Assembly: GCA_036308065.1 (NCBI GenBank)
Contig: JAXJWL010000148.1
Location: 1 to 61,529, forward strand
DNA: 61,529 bases
Direction: 5' to 3'
Source of the DNA: Paludibacteraceae bacterium
Lineage (GTDB): Bacteria > Bacteroidota > Bacteroidia > Bacteroidales > Paludibacteraceae
The position numbers were made by a program, and so were the translations under genes. Positions 27,442-38,032 of this stretch are shown here, piece after piece (position 1 is the first letter of the stretch; each line of letters begins with the position of its first letter). Under the pieces are notes generated by a model. It did not search any database. It saw only the letters and a list, made by a program, of their open reading frames with translations, and was not told the origin of the DNA.

Positions 27442-28893
27442 TTATAGGCTGTCGCCGAAATCTTCGCGGAATTTAGCAACCAATTTTTCTTGCCAATCTG
27501 AAGTTGGACGAAGACGACCAAAGAAGAAACGAAGAACTTTAGGTTCGTCGTAGAATTCTAGGCCACCGATAAGGTCACGGTTTTCGTATACCCATTTAAT
27601 ACGGTCGATAGCGTAGTTCACTTGAGATAGAGTGTAAACACGACGTGGCATAGCCATACGTACAAGTTCTAGTTCTGCGTAACGTTCGCTACCGTCTGGG
27701 TTACGTTGTTCTGATAGAGTACCACGTTCCATACCACGAACACCACTAGCAATGTAGATAGCAGCAGCAAGAGCAGCGGCTGGATAATCTGCGTGAGAAA
27801 GGTGAGGAAGAATTTCACTAGCATTTAAGTGACAACCAAGACCACCTGCAGGAACTACTACTGGCACACCAGCTTTTTGAAGTTCTTTCACCATATATTC
27901 AATGAAAAGAGGACCTTGAGAAATGATGTCGAAGTCCATAGTTTCTTGAAGACCTACGGTAATAGCTTCCATTTCACGAACAGACATACCACCGTATGTT
28001 AAGAAACCTTCGTATAGTGGAATAAATTCTTTCATTTTTAAGCAAAGTGCTTCGTCGCGCATTGCGATACCACCACCACGGCCGAAACCAAGTTTACGAG
28101 CAGAGAAGTAGATAATATCCATTGCGTTAGCAATTTTTAAAGTAATATCTTCGATAGACATATCTTTAGCTGCTTCTTCACGCACTTTGATGAAATATAA
28201 GTTGTCTTGTAGAAGAGATGCGTCAAGCACAGTCATGATACCGTTTTGTTTACAGATATCAGCTACAGCTAGCATATTTTCCATAGAAAGTGGTTGACCA
28301 CCAACAAGGTTTGTACCAGCTTCGATACGTACGAATGCTACGTTTTCAGCACCTAGAGTTGCGATACGTTCACGAAGTAGGTCTAGGTCGAAGTTACCTT
28401 TAAATGGGCTTAAATCGTGTGGATCAAGACCTTCTTTTACGATAAGTTCTTCTACTGTACCACCAAGACGTGTAATGTGAGCTTTAGTGGTGGTAAAGTG
28501 GAAGTTCATAAGAACTGTTTGACCTGGTTTAACAAATGCTTCTGCCAAGATATTTTCACAAGCACGACCTTGGTGAGCTGGCAAGAAGAAGTTTGTGTTA
28601 AACATTTTACCAACTTGAGCAGATAGGCGGTTGAAAGTTTCAGAACCAGCATAGCTATCGTCTGCTATAAGCATAGCAGCTTGTTGTCTATCAGACATGG
28701 CATTTACACCAGAGTCTGTTAGCATATCCATGAAGATGTCTCTATTTTGAAGAAGGAAGGTATTGTTACCTGCTTCATTCATAAATTTATAACGGTCTTC
28801 TACTTTTGGTAAGTTAAGTTTTTGTACAATACGTACCTTATGCATTTCTAACGGCATTTTTTCACCGTATGCAAGTTTAATTTCTTGGCTCAT
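27442..28893 (-). CDS. tnaA: Tryptophanase / tyrosine phenol-lyase family beta-eliminating lyase
   Basis: 483 aa. N-terminal region FLLQNRDIFMDMLTDSGVNAMSDRQQAAML..DDSYAGS parallels TnaA. The substrate (Trp or Tyr) is not resolvable by eye. Confidence 0.8.
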   Translation of the reverse strand: MSQEIKLAYGEKMPLEMHKVRIVQKLNLPKVEDRYKFMNEAGNNTFLLQNRDIFMDMLTDSGVNAMSDRQQAAMLIADDSYAGSETFNRLSAQVGKMFNTNFFLPAHQGRACENILAEAFVKPGQTVLMNFHFTTTKAHITRLGGTVEELIVKEGLDPHDLSPFKGNFDLDLLRERIATLGAENVAFVRIEAGTNLVGGQPLSMENMLAVADICKQNGIMTVLDASLLQDNLYFIKVREEAAKDMSIEDITLKIANAMDIIYFSARKLGFGRGGGIAMRDEALCLKMKEFIPLYEGFLTYGGMSVREMEAITVGLQETMDFDIISQGPLFIEYMVKELQKAGVPVVVPAGGLGCHLNASEILPHLSHADYPAAALAAAIYIASGVRGMERGTLSEQRNPDGSERYAELELVRMAMPRRVYTLSQVNYAIDRIKWVYENRDLIGGLEFYDEPKVLRFFFGRLRPTSDWQEKLVAKFREDFGDSL

Positions 28894-28905
28894 AATATTT
28901 ATATT

Positions 28906-31527
28906 TTAATTTCTTAATTTTGCTATTGATTCTTCCAACACAGCTATTTTACCTTCTGCATCAGCTTTTTTCTTACGTTCGTTTTCTACGATTTCTGGTT
29001 TAGCGTTAGCAACAAAACGTTCATTAGAAAGTTTTGCATTCACACCTTTAAGGAAACCTTGAAGATATACGATTTCTTTTTCCATCTTCGCAATTTCTTC
29101 TTCTACGTTGATTCTGCCTTCCATTTTCACTGCATATTCTACTGCACCTACTAGGAAACCAGCTGCTGTTGCATCTTTTTCAGACACATTTTCTACAGAA
29201 GAAAGGTTTGCCATTTTCACGATAAGTGCATCCAAAGAAGCATCGTGAGCACCTATTATTTGTAGGTTCAAGGCATCTTTGTTTAGAATATTTTTTTGAA
29301 GACGAATGGTACGAATACCAGAAACGACTTCTTTTGTTTTTTCAAATTTTGCAAGTAATTCTTTGTTTACTTCTTTAATAGCTGGCATTTGAGCCACCAT
29401 AATGCTTTCACCTTCTTTGCGGTCTGCAAGTGCTTGCCATAGTTCTTCTGTAATAAATGGCATAAATGGATGAAGAAGTCTTAATAAAGAATCGAAGTAA
29501 GAAACAGTTGCTTCGTATGTAACTGCATCTATTGCTTTCATATATTCTGGTTTTACCATTTCTAAGTACCAAGCAGAGAATTCGTCCCAGAATAGTTTAT
29601 ATACAGCCATAAGTGCTTCAGATAGACGATATTTTTTGAATAAGTCGTCTATTTCTGCTACTGTTTCTGCAAGTTTTGCATCAAACCATTCTACTGCAAG
29701 GCGTGCAGATTCAGGTTGTGCTATTGTTGAGTCAACATTCCAACCTTTTACAAGACGGAATGCATTCCAAATTTTATTATTGAAGTTACGACCCTGTTCG
29801 CAAAGAGCATCGTCGAATAAAATGTCGTTACCTGCAGGAGCTGCAAGCATCATACCCATACGCACACCGTCTGCACCGAATTTTTCGATTAGTTCTAGTG
29901 GGTCTGGAGAGTTGCCAAGCGACTTACTCATTTTTCTACCAATCTTGTCGCGCACGATACCTGTGAAGTACACATTTTTAAATGGCATTTTACCTTTATA
30001 TTCATAACCTGCCATAATCATACGTGCCACCCAGAAGAAGATAATATCTGGACCAGTTACAAGGTCTACAGTTGGATAATAGTAGTTGATTTCTTCATTG
30101 TCTGGATTGTTGATACCATCAAATAAAGAAATTGGCCACAACCAAGAAGAGAACCATGTATCTAAGCAGTCTTCGTCTTGACGTAGGTCTTCAATTTTCA
30201 AATCGTTGTTTCCAGTTTTCTTTTTAGCTTCTTCTAGTGCTTTTTCTGCAGTTTCCGCTACCACAAAACCACCTTCTGGAAGGAAGTATGCAGGAATGCG
30301 GTGACCCCACCAAAGTTGACGGCTAATACACCAGTCTTTGATATTTTCCATCCAGTGACGATAAGTATTTTTATACTTAGCAGGATAGAACATAATATCA
30401 TCTTTCATTACAGGTTCTAGCGCAATCTTAGCAAGGTGTTCCATTTTCAAGAACCATTGCATAGAAAGTTTTGGTTCAATAGGCACATTGGTACGTTCAG
30501 AACAACCTACCTTGTTTGTATATGCCTCTACTTTTTCTAGTAGACCTGCTGCTTCTAAGTCTTTTTCTATTTGGTTACGAACATCGAAACGGTCCATACC
30601 AACATAAAGACCTGCAGCCTCAGAAATAGTACCATTGTCGTTGAAAATGTCTATTGTAGGCAAGTTGTATTTTTCACCTAGCATATAGTCATTCACATCG
30701 TGTGCAGGAGTAACTTTTAAGCAACCTGTACCAAATTCAATATCCACATATTCGTCTTCTATTACAGGAATAACACGATTTACAAGTGGAACTATTACTT
30801 TCTTACCTTTTAGGTGAGTGTTTTTAGGGTCGTTAGGGTTGATACACATAGCAGTGTCACCCATAATGGTTTCTGGACGAGTAGTAGCCACTACTGCGTA
30901 ACCATCTTCACCCTCAATCATATAACGTAGGTAATATAGTTTACCTTGTTGTTCTTTGTAGATAACTTCCTCGTCTGAAAGAGCTGTAAGAGCTTTTGGG
31001 TCCCAATTTACCATACGTACACCACGGTAAATAAGACCTTTGTTGTAAAGGTCGCAGAACACCTTCATTACACTCTCGCTTCTAAGGTCGTCCATAGTAA
31101 ATGCAGTACGAGACCAGTCGCAAGAAGCACCAAGTTTGCGAAGTTGTTTTAAGATAATACCACCGTGTTCGTCTGTCCACTCCCAAGCATGTTTCAAGAA
31201 TTCTTCACGAGTAAGGTCAGTTTTTGCAATACCTTGAGATGCCAAACGACCTACCACTTTCGCTTCAGTTGCAATAGAAGCGTGGTCTGTACCTGGCACC
31301 CAACAAGCATTTTTGCCTGTCATTCTAGCACGACGCACCAAAATATCTTGAATAGTATTGTTCAACATGTGACCCATGTGTAGCACACCTGTTACGTTTG
31401 GTGGAGGGATAACCACTGTATATGGTTCACGAGAGTCTGGTTTAGACTCAAACAACTTGTTGTCTAACCAATATTGATACCACTTCTGCTCTATCTCAGC
31501 AGGACTATATTTACTATTTAATTCCAT
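28906..31527 (-). CDS. valS: Valine--tRNA ligase
   Basis: HIGH-type motif ([16 protein letters not shown]), KMSKS (RKMSKSLGN) and a C-terminal coiled coil. I place the start at [17 protein letters not shown] (31527) rather than at the 26-codon upstream extension. Confidence 0.92.
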   Translation of the reverse strand: MELNSKYSPAEIEQKWYQYWLDNKLFESKPDSREPYTVVIPPPNVTGVLHMGHMLNNTIQDILVRRARMTGKNACWVPGTDHASIATEAKVVGRLASQGIAKTDLTREEFLKHAWEWTDEHGGIILKQLRKLGASCDWSRTAFTMDDLRSESVMKVFCDLYNKGLIYRGVRMVNWDPKALTALSDEEVIYKEQQGKLYYLRYMIEGEDGYAVVATTRPETIMGDTAMCINPNDPKNTHLKGKKVIVPLVNRVIPVIEDEYVDIEFGTGCLKVTPAHDVNDYMLGEKYNLPTIDIFNDNGTISEAAGLYVGMDRFDVRNQIEKDLEAAGLLEKVEAYTNKVGCSERTNVPIEPKLSMQWFLKMEHLAKIALEPVMKDDIMFYPAKYKNTYRHWMENIKDWCISRQLWWGHRIPAYFLPEGGFVVAETAEKALEEAKKKTGNNDLKIEDLRQDEDCLDTWFSSWLWPISLFDGINNPDNEEINYYYPTVDLVTGPDIIFFWVARMIMAGYEYKGKMPFKNVYFTGIVRDKIGRKMSKSLGNSPDPLELIEKFGADGVRMGMMLAAPAGNDILFDDALCEQGRNFNNKIWNAFRLVKGWNVDSTIAQPESARLAVEWFDAKLAETVAEIDDLFKKYRLSEALMAVYKLFWDEFSAWYLEMVKPEYMKAIDAVTYEATVSYFDSLLRLLHPFMPFITEELWQALADRKEGESIMVAQMPAIKEVNKELLAKFEKTKEVVSGIRTIRLQKNILNKDALNLQIIGAHDASLDALIVKMANLSSVENVSEKDATAAGFLVGAVEYAVKMEGRINVEEEIAKMEKEIVYLQGFLKGVNAKLSNERFVANAKPEIVENERKKKADAEGKIAVLEESIAKLRN

Positions 31528-31665
31528 ACTTTTTATGTGTTTAGAATAGACTTTTTCATGCCTTTGTATAGGCACAATCCGCCCTATCCCATTAAAATTT
31601 TGCAAATTTATAAAAAAGTTATGGATAAATACAATTTTAGGCGAGTAAAATTTCCATTCTTTTAC

Positions 31666-31673
31666 TATATTTG
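31666..31673 (+). promoter_or_regulatory. Candidate -7 box (TATATTTG) upstream of the deacetylase-like gene
   Basis: Matches TAnnTTTG, 32 nt upstream of the ATG at 31705. Confidence 0.45.
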
Positions 31674-31704
31674 CAAGGATAAAAAATCACAGATATTCAC
31701 AGAT

Positions 31705-32490
31705 ATGAAAGATTTTACCTTAAAAAAATATAGAGAACTACTTGTGGCATTTAAAAATGCTGGTTATGAGTTTTATACCTTTGAGCAATACCTAAATAAA
31801 TTGGATTCGCTTGCCGAGAAATTTATAGTTTTGCGTCACGATGTAGATTTAAAAGTGGACAATTCTGTGGCTACTGCCATGATAGAAAATGAGTTGGGTA
31901 TAAATTCTACATATTATTTTAGGGTAATTCCAGAAAGCAATCAGCCAGATAAAATCAAGAAAATTGCATCACTTGGTCACGAAGTTGGCTATCACTACGA
32001 AGATATGTCGCTTTTTAATGGCGATATCGACAAGGCTTACGAACATTTCAAGGAAAAATTGGAATATTTCAGAGGTTTTTACCCTGTGAAAACAATTTGT
32101 ATGCATGGTGCTCCTACTAGCAAATACGACGGCAAAGACCTTTGGAAAAAATATGATTATAAAGCACTTGGCATTGTTGGCGAACCATATTTTGATATAG
32201 ATTTTTCTAATTTGTTTTACCTTACAGACACTGGCAGAATGTGGGACGGATACAAAGTGAGTGTACGCGACAAAATACCTGTGTATCAAGATATTTGGAC
32301 AAAAGAAGGAAAGATTTACCACTCTTCTAACGACATTATTTCTGCCATTGGTGGCAGTCTTCCTACTCGCATTATGATTACCACCCACCCACAACGCTGG
32401 ACCGACTCAAGCCTAGCATGGTGGAAGGAGTTTGTGATGCAAAGCGCTAAAAATATTATTAAAAGAATTATGTTAAAAGTGAGAAGTTAG
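31705..32490 (+). CDS. Polysaccharide deacetylase-like (NodB-fold-like) protein
   Basis: FIVLRHDVD...GHEVGYHYE pattern. I place the start at MKDFTLKKY, because the longer ORF would overlap the valS start and the promoter. Confidence 0.55.
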   Translation: MKDFTLKKYRELLVAFKNAGYEFYTFEQYLNKLDSLAEKFIVLRHDVDLKVDNSVATAMIENELGINSTYYFRVIPESNQPDKIKKIASLGHEVGYHYEDMSLFNGDIDKAYEHFKEKLEYFRGFYPVKTICMHGAPTSKYDGKDLWKKYDYKALGIVGEPYFDIDFSNLFYLTDTGRMWDGYKVSVRDKIPVYQDIWTKEGKIYHSSNDIISAIGGSLPTRIMITTHPQRWTDSSLAWWKEFVMQSAKNIIKRIMLKVRS

Positions 32491-32493
32491 GAC

Positions 32494-32549
32494 GAATTCC
32501 TAATTGCCTACGGCGATTCTTCGAATTCCTAATTCCTAATTCCTAATTA
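32494..32549. repeat. Family C heptamer array (GAATTCCTAATT; 3x TAATTCC) with an embedded small hairpin AATTGCC-TAC-GGCGATT
   Basis: Read directly from the sequence. Related arrays are at 33537, 38816, 41971, 49048 and 53434. Confidence 0.8.
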
Positions 32550-32582
32550 TTCACTGACGTTCATCAATACGTCCTAATTATT

Positions 32583-33557
32583 ATGCGTAGCATAACCTCA
32601 TCCGAGTGGCAAGAACTATTGGCCGAGAGCCCATATTCCAATGCCTTTCAGACGGAAGAAATGTACAATTTCCTTTCGTCACTGGGGTGTTTACACTCAT
32701 TCCTTTCATGCGTTAGAAACACCGATGGCAAACTCGTTGGCCTTGTCGTAGGCTATATTCAAGCCGAAAAAGGCATAAAAAAACACTTTTCACGCCGTGC
32801 CATTATTCAAGGTGGACTTTTGCTTGCAAAAGATATTGCCGAAGGCGAACTAAAAACTCTTTTAGAAGATATTAAACAAAAAACCTCATCTGCCATTTAT
32901 GTAGAAATAAGAAACAATGCAGATTATTCCGAGTACAAAGATATTTTCCAAAAATACGGTTTTGAATACAGACCTCATCTCAATTGTCTAATAGACTGCT
33001 CCGACGCGGACCTAGCATTCAAAAATATGAATGAGAGCCGCCGCAGACAAGTGCGCATTGCCACAGAAGCAGAATACGAGGTAAAAATGGCAGAAACCGA
33101 AGCCGAAGTAGATGAATTTTACAATCTACTTGCAAACCACTACAAAAACAAGGTAAAAAAGCCAATTTTCCCTAAAGAATTTTTCGCACAAATACTTGCT
33201 CAAAATGTAGGCGAAATTATGCTTATAAAGATAAACGGCAAGGTTGTTTCTGGAATGCTACAACTTTGTCACGACAACACAGTGTACGATTATTATGTGT
33301 TTGGACTAGACACCCAATACCCTAACAACTACCCTTCTGTGTTAGTTTATTGGGAAACAATCAAACGTGCATATGCACTTGGCTACACCACATTCGACAC
33401 GATGGGAGCTGGCACCCCAGGACAAGCCTACGGCGTACGCGACTTCAAACTTCGCTTTGGCTCACACCTAGTAGAACACGGCCGCTTCCTATCCATAAAC
33501 AAAACCTTTCTCTACAAACTCGGCAGTCTTGTTATAAAATTAGGAATTAGGAGTTAG
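32583..33557 (+). CDS. FemAB-family (GNAT-fold) peptidoglycan-bridge-type aminoacyl/peptidyl transferase-like protein
   Basis: 324 aa with two-domain FemAB/GNAT-like organisation (YVEIRN...; MLQLCHDNTVYDYYVFGLD...). The last codons are made of the heptamer repeat (KLGIRS*). Confidence 0.55.
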   Translation: MRSITSSEWQELLAESPYSNAFQTEEMYNFLSSLGCLHSFLSCVRNTDGKLVGLVVGYIQAEKGIKKHFSRRAIIQGGLLLAKDIAEGELKTLLEDIKQKTSSAIYVEIRNNADYSEYKDIFQKYGFEYRPHLNCLIDCSDADLAFKNMNESRRRQVRIATEAEYEVKMAETEAEVDEFYNLLANHYKNKVKKPIFPKEFFAQILAQNVGEIMLIKINGKVVSGMLQLCHDNTVYDYYVFGLDTQYPNNYPSVLVYWETIKRAYALGYTTFDTMGAGTPGQAYGVRDFKLRFGSHLVEHGRFLSINKTFLYKLGSLVIKLGIRS

Positions 33558-33562
33558 GAATT
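33537..33562. repeat. Family C heptamer array (AATTAGGAATTAGGAGTTAGGAATT)
   Basis: Read directly from the sequence. It overlaps the 3' end of the FemAB-like CDS. Confidence 0.8.
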
Positions 33563-33712
33563 GCTGTGCAAGTGAGAGCAGAACTAAGCTTGCTTAAGTT
33601 ATGCCGAGCGCAGCCATTAATCGCCGTTAGGCAATTTCCAAATTAACTATATAATTATAATAAAAAACTAACTTTTTCTTGTGAAATAAAAAAAATATTC
33701 AGTATTTTTGCA

Positions 33713-33720
33713 AAAATTTA
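33713..33720 (+). promoter_or_regulatory. Candidate -7 box (TATTTTTG) for the ilv leader/operon
   Basis: Matches TAnnTTTG. It ends 7 nt before the leader-peptide ATG. Confidence 0.45.
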
Positions 33721-33727
33721 TTAGAAA

Positions 33728-33787
33728 ATGAAACAAAATCTAGTCGTCGTGTCTATTTTAGGCTTAGTGGTGGTAGTCCGCCATTAA
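33728..33787 (+). CDS. ilv operon leader peptide MKQNLVVVSILGLVVVVRH (19 aa)
   Basis: A short ORF in which 11 of 19 codons are Val, Leu or Ile. It lies between a candidate promoter and an intrinsic terminator, directly upstream of ilvD. Confidence 0.7.
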   Translation: MKQNLVVVSILGLVVVVRH

Positions 33788-33822
33788 CACGGGTAGGTTT
33801 TGTATATATAATATATGTGTAG

Positions 33823-33848
33823 CCTTCCCCTTTTTGGAAGGTTTTTTT
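33823..33848 (+). terminator. Attenuator terminator upstream of ilvD
   Basis: CCTTCC-CCTTTTT-GGAAGG hairpin followed by TTTTTTT, 17 nt before the ilvD ATG. The upstream GGGTAGG (33792-33798) can pair alternatively with CCTTCCC. Confidence 0.65.
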
Positions 33849-33864
33849 AATAATATAAGGTAAT

Positions 33865-35694
33865 ATGAAAATTCAATTACGCAGTGCACAAAGCACAGAA
33901 GGAAGACGCATGGCAGGTGCCAGAGCATTATGGGTGGCCAACGGTATGAAAAAAGAACAACTTGGCAAACCTATCATCGCTATTGTTAACTCATTTACAC
34001 AATTTGTTCCTGGTCACACACACCTACACAAAATAGGTCAAGAAATAAAAGCAGAGATTGAAAAACTAGGTTGTTTCGCAGCCGAATTTAATACAATTGC
34101 TATCGACGACGGCATTGCAATGGGTCACGATGGTATGCTTTACTCACTTCCTAGCCGCGACATTATTGCCGACAGCGTGGAATATATGGTAAACGCACAC
34201 AAAGCTGACGCAATGATTTGCATTAGCAACTGCGACAAAATCACTCCAGGTATGCTTATGGCATCTATGAGACTAAACATTCCTACTGTTTTCGTTTCTG
34301 GTGGTCCTATGGAAGCAGGCGAATGGAACAATCGCAAACTAGACCTTATCGATGCAATGGTAATGTCTGCCGACAAATCTATTTCCGACGACGATGTTTC
34401 AAACATTGAACGTTCTGCTTGCCCTACATGCGGTTGTTGCTCAGGTATGTTCACTGCAAACTCAATGAACTGCTTAAACGAGGCTATCGGTCTTGCACTT
34501 GTGGGCAATGGTACTATCCTTGCTACACACAAAAACAGACACAATCTGTTTATGAAAGCCGCTCACCTTATTGTTGAAAACACATATAAATACTATAGAG
34601 ACGGCGACGATAGCATACTTCCAAAAAGCATTGCTACTCGCGACGCATTCCTAAATGCTATGAGCCTAGACATCGCTATGGGTGGTTCTACAAACACTAT
34701 TCTTCACCTTTTGGCTATTGCTCAAGAAGCAGGAGTTGATTTCAACATGGACGACATCGATGCTCTTTCTAAAAAGACTCCTTGCCTATGTAAAGTGGCT
34801 CCAAATACTACAAAATACCATGTTCAAGACGTAAACCGTGCTGGTGGTATCATGGGTATTATGAACGAACTTGCACAAAAAGGTCTTGTAAACGCAAATG
34901 TAAACCGCGTGGAAGGCATTACACTTGCCGAAGCTATTGAAGAATACGATATTACAAAAGAAAACATTAGCGAAACTGCTAAAAATATTTACTCATCTGC
35001 TCCTTGCCGCAGATTTAATATTGAGCTTGGTTCACAAGAAACTTACTACGATAACCTAGACACCGACAGAAAAGAAGGTTGTATTCGTAGCGTAGAAAAT
35101 GCCTACACAAAAGATGGCGGTCTTGCTATCCTTAAAGGAAATATTGCTATCGACGGTTGCGTAATCAAAACAGCAGGTGTAGATGAAAGCATTTGGAAAT
35201 TTACTGGTAAAGCAGTGGTATTTACATCACAAGAAGCAGCTTGCGACGGCATCCTTGGCGGAAAAGTAAAAGCTGGTGACGTGGTAATCATCACTCACGA
35301 AGGTCCTAAAGGTGGCCCAGGTATGCAAGAAATGCTTTACCCTACCTCTTATATTAAATCAATGCACCTAGGCAAAGAATGTGCACTTATCACCGACGGA
35401 CGTTTCTCTGGTGGTACATCTGGTTTAAGTATTGGTCACATTTCTCCAGAAGCTGCATCTGGTGGCAATATTGGTTTGATCGAAGATGGAGATATTATTG
35501 AAATAGACATACCAAATAGAAGTATCAATGTAAAACTTAGCGACGAAGAACTAGCCGCTCGTAGAGAAAAAGAAATGGCACGCGGCAAAGACGCTTTCAC
35601 TCCAAAAGACCGTAACCGTGTGGTTTCTAAATCGTTAAGAGCATACGCTTCACTTGTAAGCTCTGCAGACAAAGGTGCAGTAAGATTAATTTAA
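33865..35694 (+). CDS. ilvD: Dihydroxy-acid dehydratase
   Basis: 609 aa. CDKITPGM and the Fe-S ligand region ([17 protein letters not shown]) are present. Confidence 0.93.
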   Translation: MKIQLRSAQSTEGRRMAGARALWVANGMKKEQLGKPIIAIVNSFTQFVPGHTHLHKIGQEIKAEIEKLGCFAAEFNTIAIDDGIAMGHDGMLYSLPSRDIIADSVEYMVNAHKADAMICISNCDKITPGMLMASMRLNIPTVFVSGGPMEAGEWNNRKLDLIDAMVMSADKSISDDDVSNIERSACPTCGCCSGMFTANSMNCLNEAIGLALVGNGTILATHKNRHNLFMKAAHLIVENTYKYYRDGDDSILPKSIATRDAFLNAMSLDIAMGGSTNTILHLLAIAQEAGVDFNMDDIDALSKKTPCLCKVAPNTTKYHVQDVNRAGGIMGIMNELAQKGLVNANVNRVEGITLAEAIEEYDITKENISETAKNIYSSAPCRRFNIELGSQETYYDNLDTDRKEGCIRSVENAYTKDGGLAILKGNIAIDGCVIKTAGVDESIWKFTGKAVVFTSQEAACDGILGGKVKAGDVVIITHEGPKGGPGMQEMLYPTSYIKSMHLGKECALITDGRFSGGTSGLSIGHISPEAASGGNIGLIEDGDIIEIDIPNRSINVKLSDEELAARREKEMARGKDAFTPKDRNRVVSKSLRAYASLVSSADKGAVRLI

Positions 35695-35713
35695 ACAAAA
35701 CGAAACTCTATAT

Positions 35714-37402
35714 ATGGAAAAGATTTCTGGTGCTCAGGCACTTATCAAAGCATTATTAAATGAAGGTGTAGATACCATTTTCGGATACCCTGGTGGAGCT
35801 ATCATTCCAGTATTCGATGCTATGTACGATTTCTACAACGATTTTAAGTATGTGTTAACCAGACACGAACAAGGTGCAATTCACTCAGCACAAGGTTATG
35901 CACGTGTATCTGGCAAACCAGGTGTTTGTATTGTAACTAGTGGTCCTGGTGCTACCAACACTATTACAGGTATTGGCGACGCTATGCTAGACAACACTCC
36001 ACTAGTGGTTATCACAGGTCAAGTGGGTAAATCACTTCTAGGTACAGATGCTTTCCAAGAAATTGACGTGGTAGGCATCACTCAACCTATTACCAAATGG
36101 AGTTACCAAATTCGCGACGAAAAAGAAATAGCATGGGCTGTGGCACGTGCATTCTATATTGCAAACAACGGAAGACCTGGTCCTGTGGTACTAGACTTTG
36201 CAAAAAATGCTCAAACTGCATTGGTAGATTTCAAACCAGAAAAATGCAATTTCATTAGAAGTTACATCCCTACTCTTCCACTTAAAACAGAAAAAGTAGA
36301 AAAAGCAGCCGACCTAATCAACAATGCTAAAAAACCACTTGCACTTGTTGGTCACGGTGTAACAATTGGCAAAGCCGAAGAAGAACTAAAAGCATTTTTA
36401 GAGGTGGCAGACATTCCTGCTGCATGGACTATGCTTGGCGAAAGCGCAATGGCTACCGATTACCCTTTAAATAAAGGTATGCTTGGTATGCACGGAAATA
36501 TTGGTCCAAACATCAAAACCAATGAATGCGACCTACTTATTGCAATTGGTATGCGTTTCGACGACCGCATCACTGGCGACCTAAACACATACGCAAAACA
36601 AGCAAAAGTAATCCATTTCGACATAGACCCAGCAGAAATAAATAAAAATGTGAAAGCAGACGTGGCTATTTTGGGCAACGTAAAAGAAACTCTTCCTGCC
36701 GTAACCAAACTGCTAAACAAAAACGAGCACAAAGAATGGATTGCATCGTTCGACGAATACGACAAAAAAGAATTTGATAGCGTTATAAACAAAGAAGTTT
36801 ATCCTACCGAAGGTCCTATTAAAATGGGCGAAGTGGTAAGAAAAATTTCTGATGCAACCAATCGCAAGGCAATCCTTGTTACAGACGTTGGTCAAAATCA
36901 AATGGCTGCCATTAGATATTTCCAATTTACAGAAAAACGCAGTGTAGTAACCTCTGGCGGTGCTGGCACAATGGGATTTGGTATCCCTGCAGCTATCGGC
37001 GCAAAAATCGCTGCTCCAGAACGCACAGTTTGCCTATTCTGTGGCGACGGTGGTTTCCAAATGACAATGCAAGAACTTGGCACCATTATGCAAGAAAACC
37101 TTGGCATTAAGATGATTATCATGAACAACAACTTCCTTGGCATGGTGCGTCAATGGCAAGAATTATTCTACAACGAACGTTATTCATCTACCCCACTAGT
37201 AAACCCAGACTTCACCACTATTGCAAGTGCATACGGCATCAAGTCTCGCCTTGTAAACGAACGTGAAGAACTAGACGGAGCAATAGGCGAAATGCTAGCC
37301 GACGACAAATCATTCCTACTTATCGTAAACGTAGATATGAAAGAACTTATCTACCCTATGATACCAGCAGGAGGTTCAGTAACAAATATCTTGATTAATT
37401 AA
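35714..37402 (+). CDS. ilvB: Acetolactate synthase large (catalytic) subunit
   Basis: ThDP-binding motif GDGGFQM...NN, 562 aa. Confidence 0.92.
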   Translation: MEKISGAQALIKALLNEGVDTIFGYPGGAIIPVFDAMYDFYNDFKYVLTRHEQGAIHSAQGYARVSGKPGVCIVTSGPGATNTITGIGDAMLDNTPLVVITGQVGKSLLGTDAFQEIDVVGITQPITKWSYQIRDEKEIAWAVARAFYIANNGRPGPVVLDFAKNAQTALVDFKPEKCNFIRSYIPTLPLKTEKVEKAADLINNAKKPLALVGHGVTIGKAEEELKAFLEVADIPAAWTMLGESAMATDYPLNKGMLGMHGNIGPNIKTNECDLLIAIGMRFDDRITGDLNTYAKQAKVIHFDIDPAEINKNVKADVAILGNVKETLPAVTKLLNKNEHKEWIASFDEYDKKEFDSVINKEVYPTEGPIKMGEVVRKISDATNRKAILVTDVGQNQMAAIRYFQFTEKRSVVTSGGAGTMGFGIPAAIGAKIAAPERTVCLFCGDGGFQMTMQELGTIMQENLGIKMIIMNNNFLGMVRQWQELFYNERYSSTPLVNPDFTTIASAYGIKSRLVNEREELDGAIGEMLADDKSFLLIVNVDMKELIYPMIPAGGSVTNILIN

Positions 37403-37415
37403 ACTTAAAGAACTT

Positions 37416-37967
37416 ATGGAAAAGAAATTATATACAGTAACCATATTCTCAGAAAACACCCCAGGTTTGCTTAATCAAGTAACCATCGTTTTCACAAGAC
37501 GTCAGATAAACATTGAAACACTTTCTGTGTCTCCTTCTGCCCTTAAAGGCATTCACAAGTTTACTATCACAGTAAACACCGACAAAGACACCATAGAAAA
37601 AGTTGTAAAACAAATAGACAAACGTATCGACGTTATCAAAGCATATTACAACACCGACGAAGAACTTGTGTTCCAAGAAATTGCACTTTTCAAAATTTCT
37701 ACCGAAAAAGTTCTTGCAATGGGCGGCATTGAAAAACTTATTAGAAAATACAACGCTCGCATCCTAGAAATACTTGAAAACTGTATCGTGCTAGAAAAAA
37801 CTGGTCTTTACACCGAAACACAAGAAATGTTTGACGAGCTTCAGGCTAGCATTGGCGTGCTTCAATTCATCCGTTCTGGCCGCGTTGCCGTTACCCGCAG
37901 CAACATCGAACGCTTGTCAGATATGCTTGCGAATATAGATAAGATTAAATTAGGACTAAATGACTAA
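37416..37967 (+). CDS. ilvN: Acetolactate synthase small (regulatory) subunit
   Basis: ACT domain N-terminus (YTVTIFSENTPGLLNQVTIVFTRRQINIETLSV), 183 aa. Confidence 0.88.
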   Translation: MEKKLYTVTIFSENTPGLLNQVTIVFTRRQINIETLSVSPSALKGIHKFTITVNTDKDTIEKVVKQIDKRIDVIKAYYNTDEELVFQEIALFKISTEKVLAMGGIEKLIRKYNARILEILENCIVLEKTGLYTETQEMFDELQASIGVLQFIRSGRVAVTRSNIERLSDMLANIDKIKLGLND

Positions 37968-37970
37968 ATA

Positions 37971-38006
37971 TTATCGGTCCCTGAGCCTGTCGAAGGGCCC
38001 GATTAA
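37971..38006. repeat. Family B hairpin repeat, third copy
   Basis: TTATCGGTCCCTGAGCCTGTCGAAGGGCCCGATTAA, close to the copy at 9285-9319. Confidence 0.8.
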
Positions 38007-38032
38007 CAATATACCGACTAAACAATTGAACA

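Noticed and set aside
27207-27521. 104-aa minus-strand ORF between tRNA-Val and tnaA
   Set aside because: It overlaps the 3' end of tnaA in another frame. It runs through the tnaA terminator, an A/T homopolymer palindrome and the tRNA promoter. Its composition is low-complexity (K/F/L-rich), so it is almost certainly non-coding.
31537-31704. N-terminal 56-codon extension of the deacetylase-like ORF, and the 26-codon extension of valS to 31605
   Set aside because: The two extensions would overlap each other on opposite strands. They would also cover the TAnnTTTG box at 31666. Conserved protein sequence begins at MKDFTLKKY (31705) and at [16 protein letters not shown] (31527).
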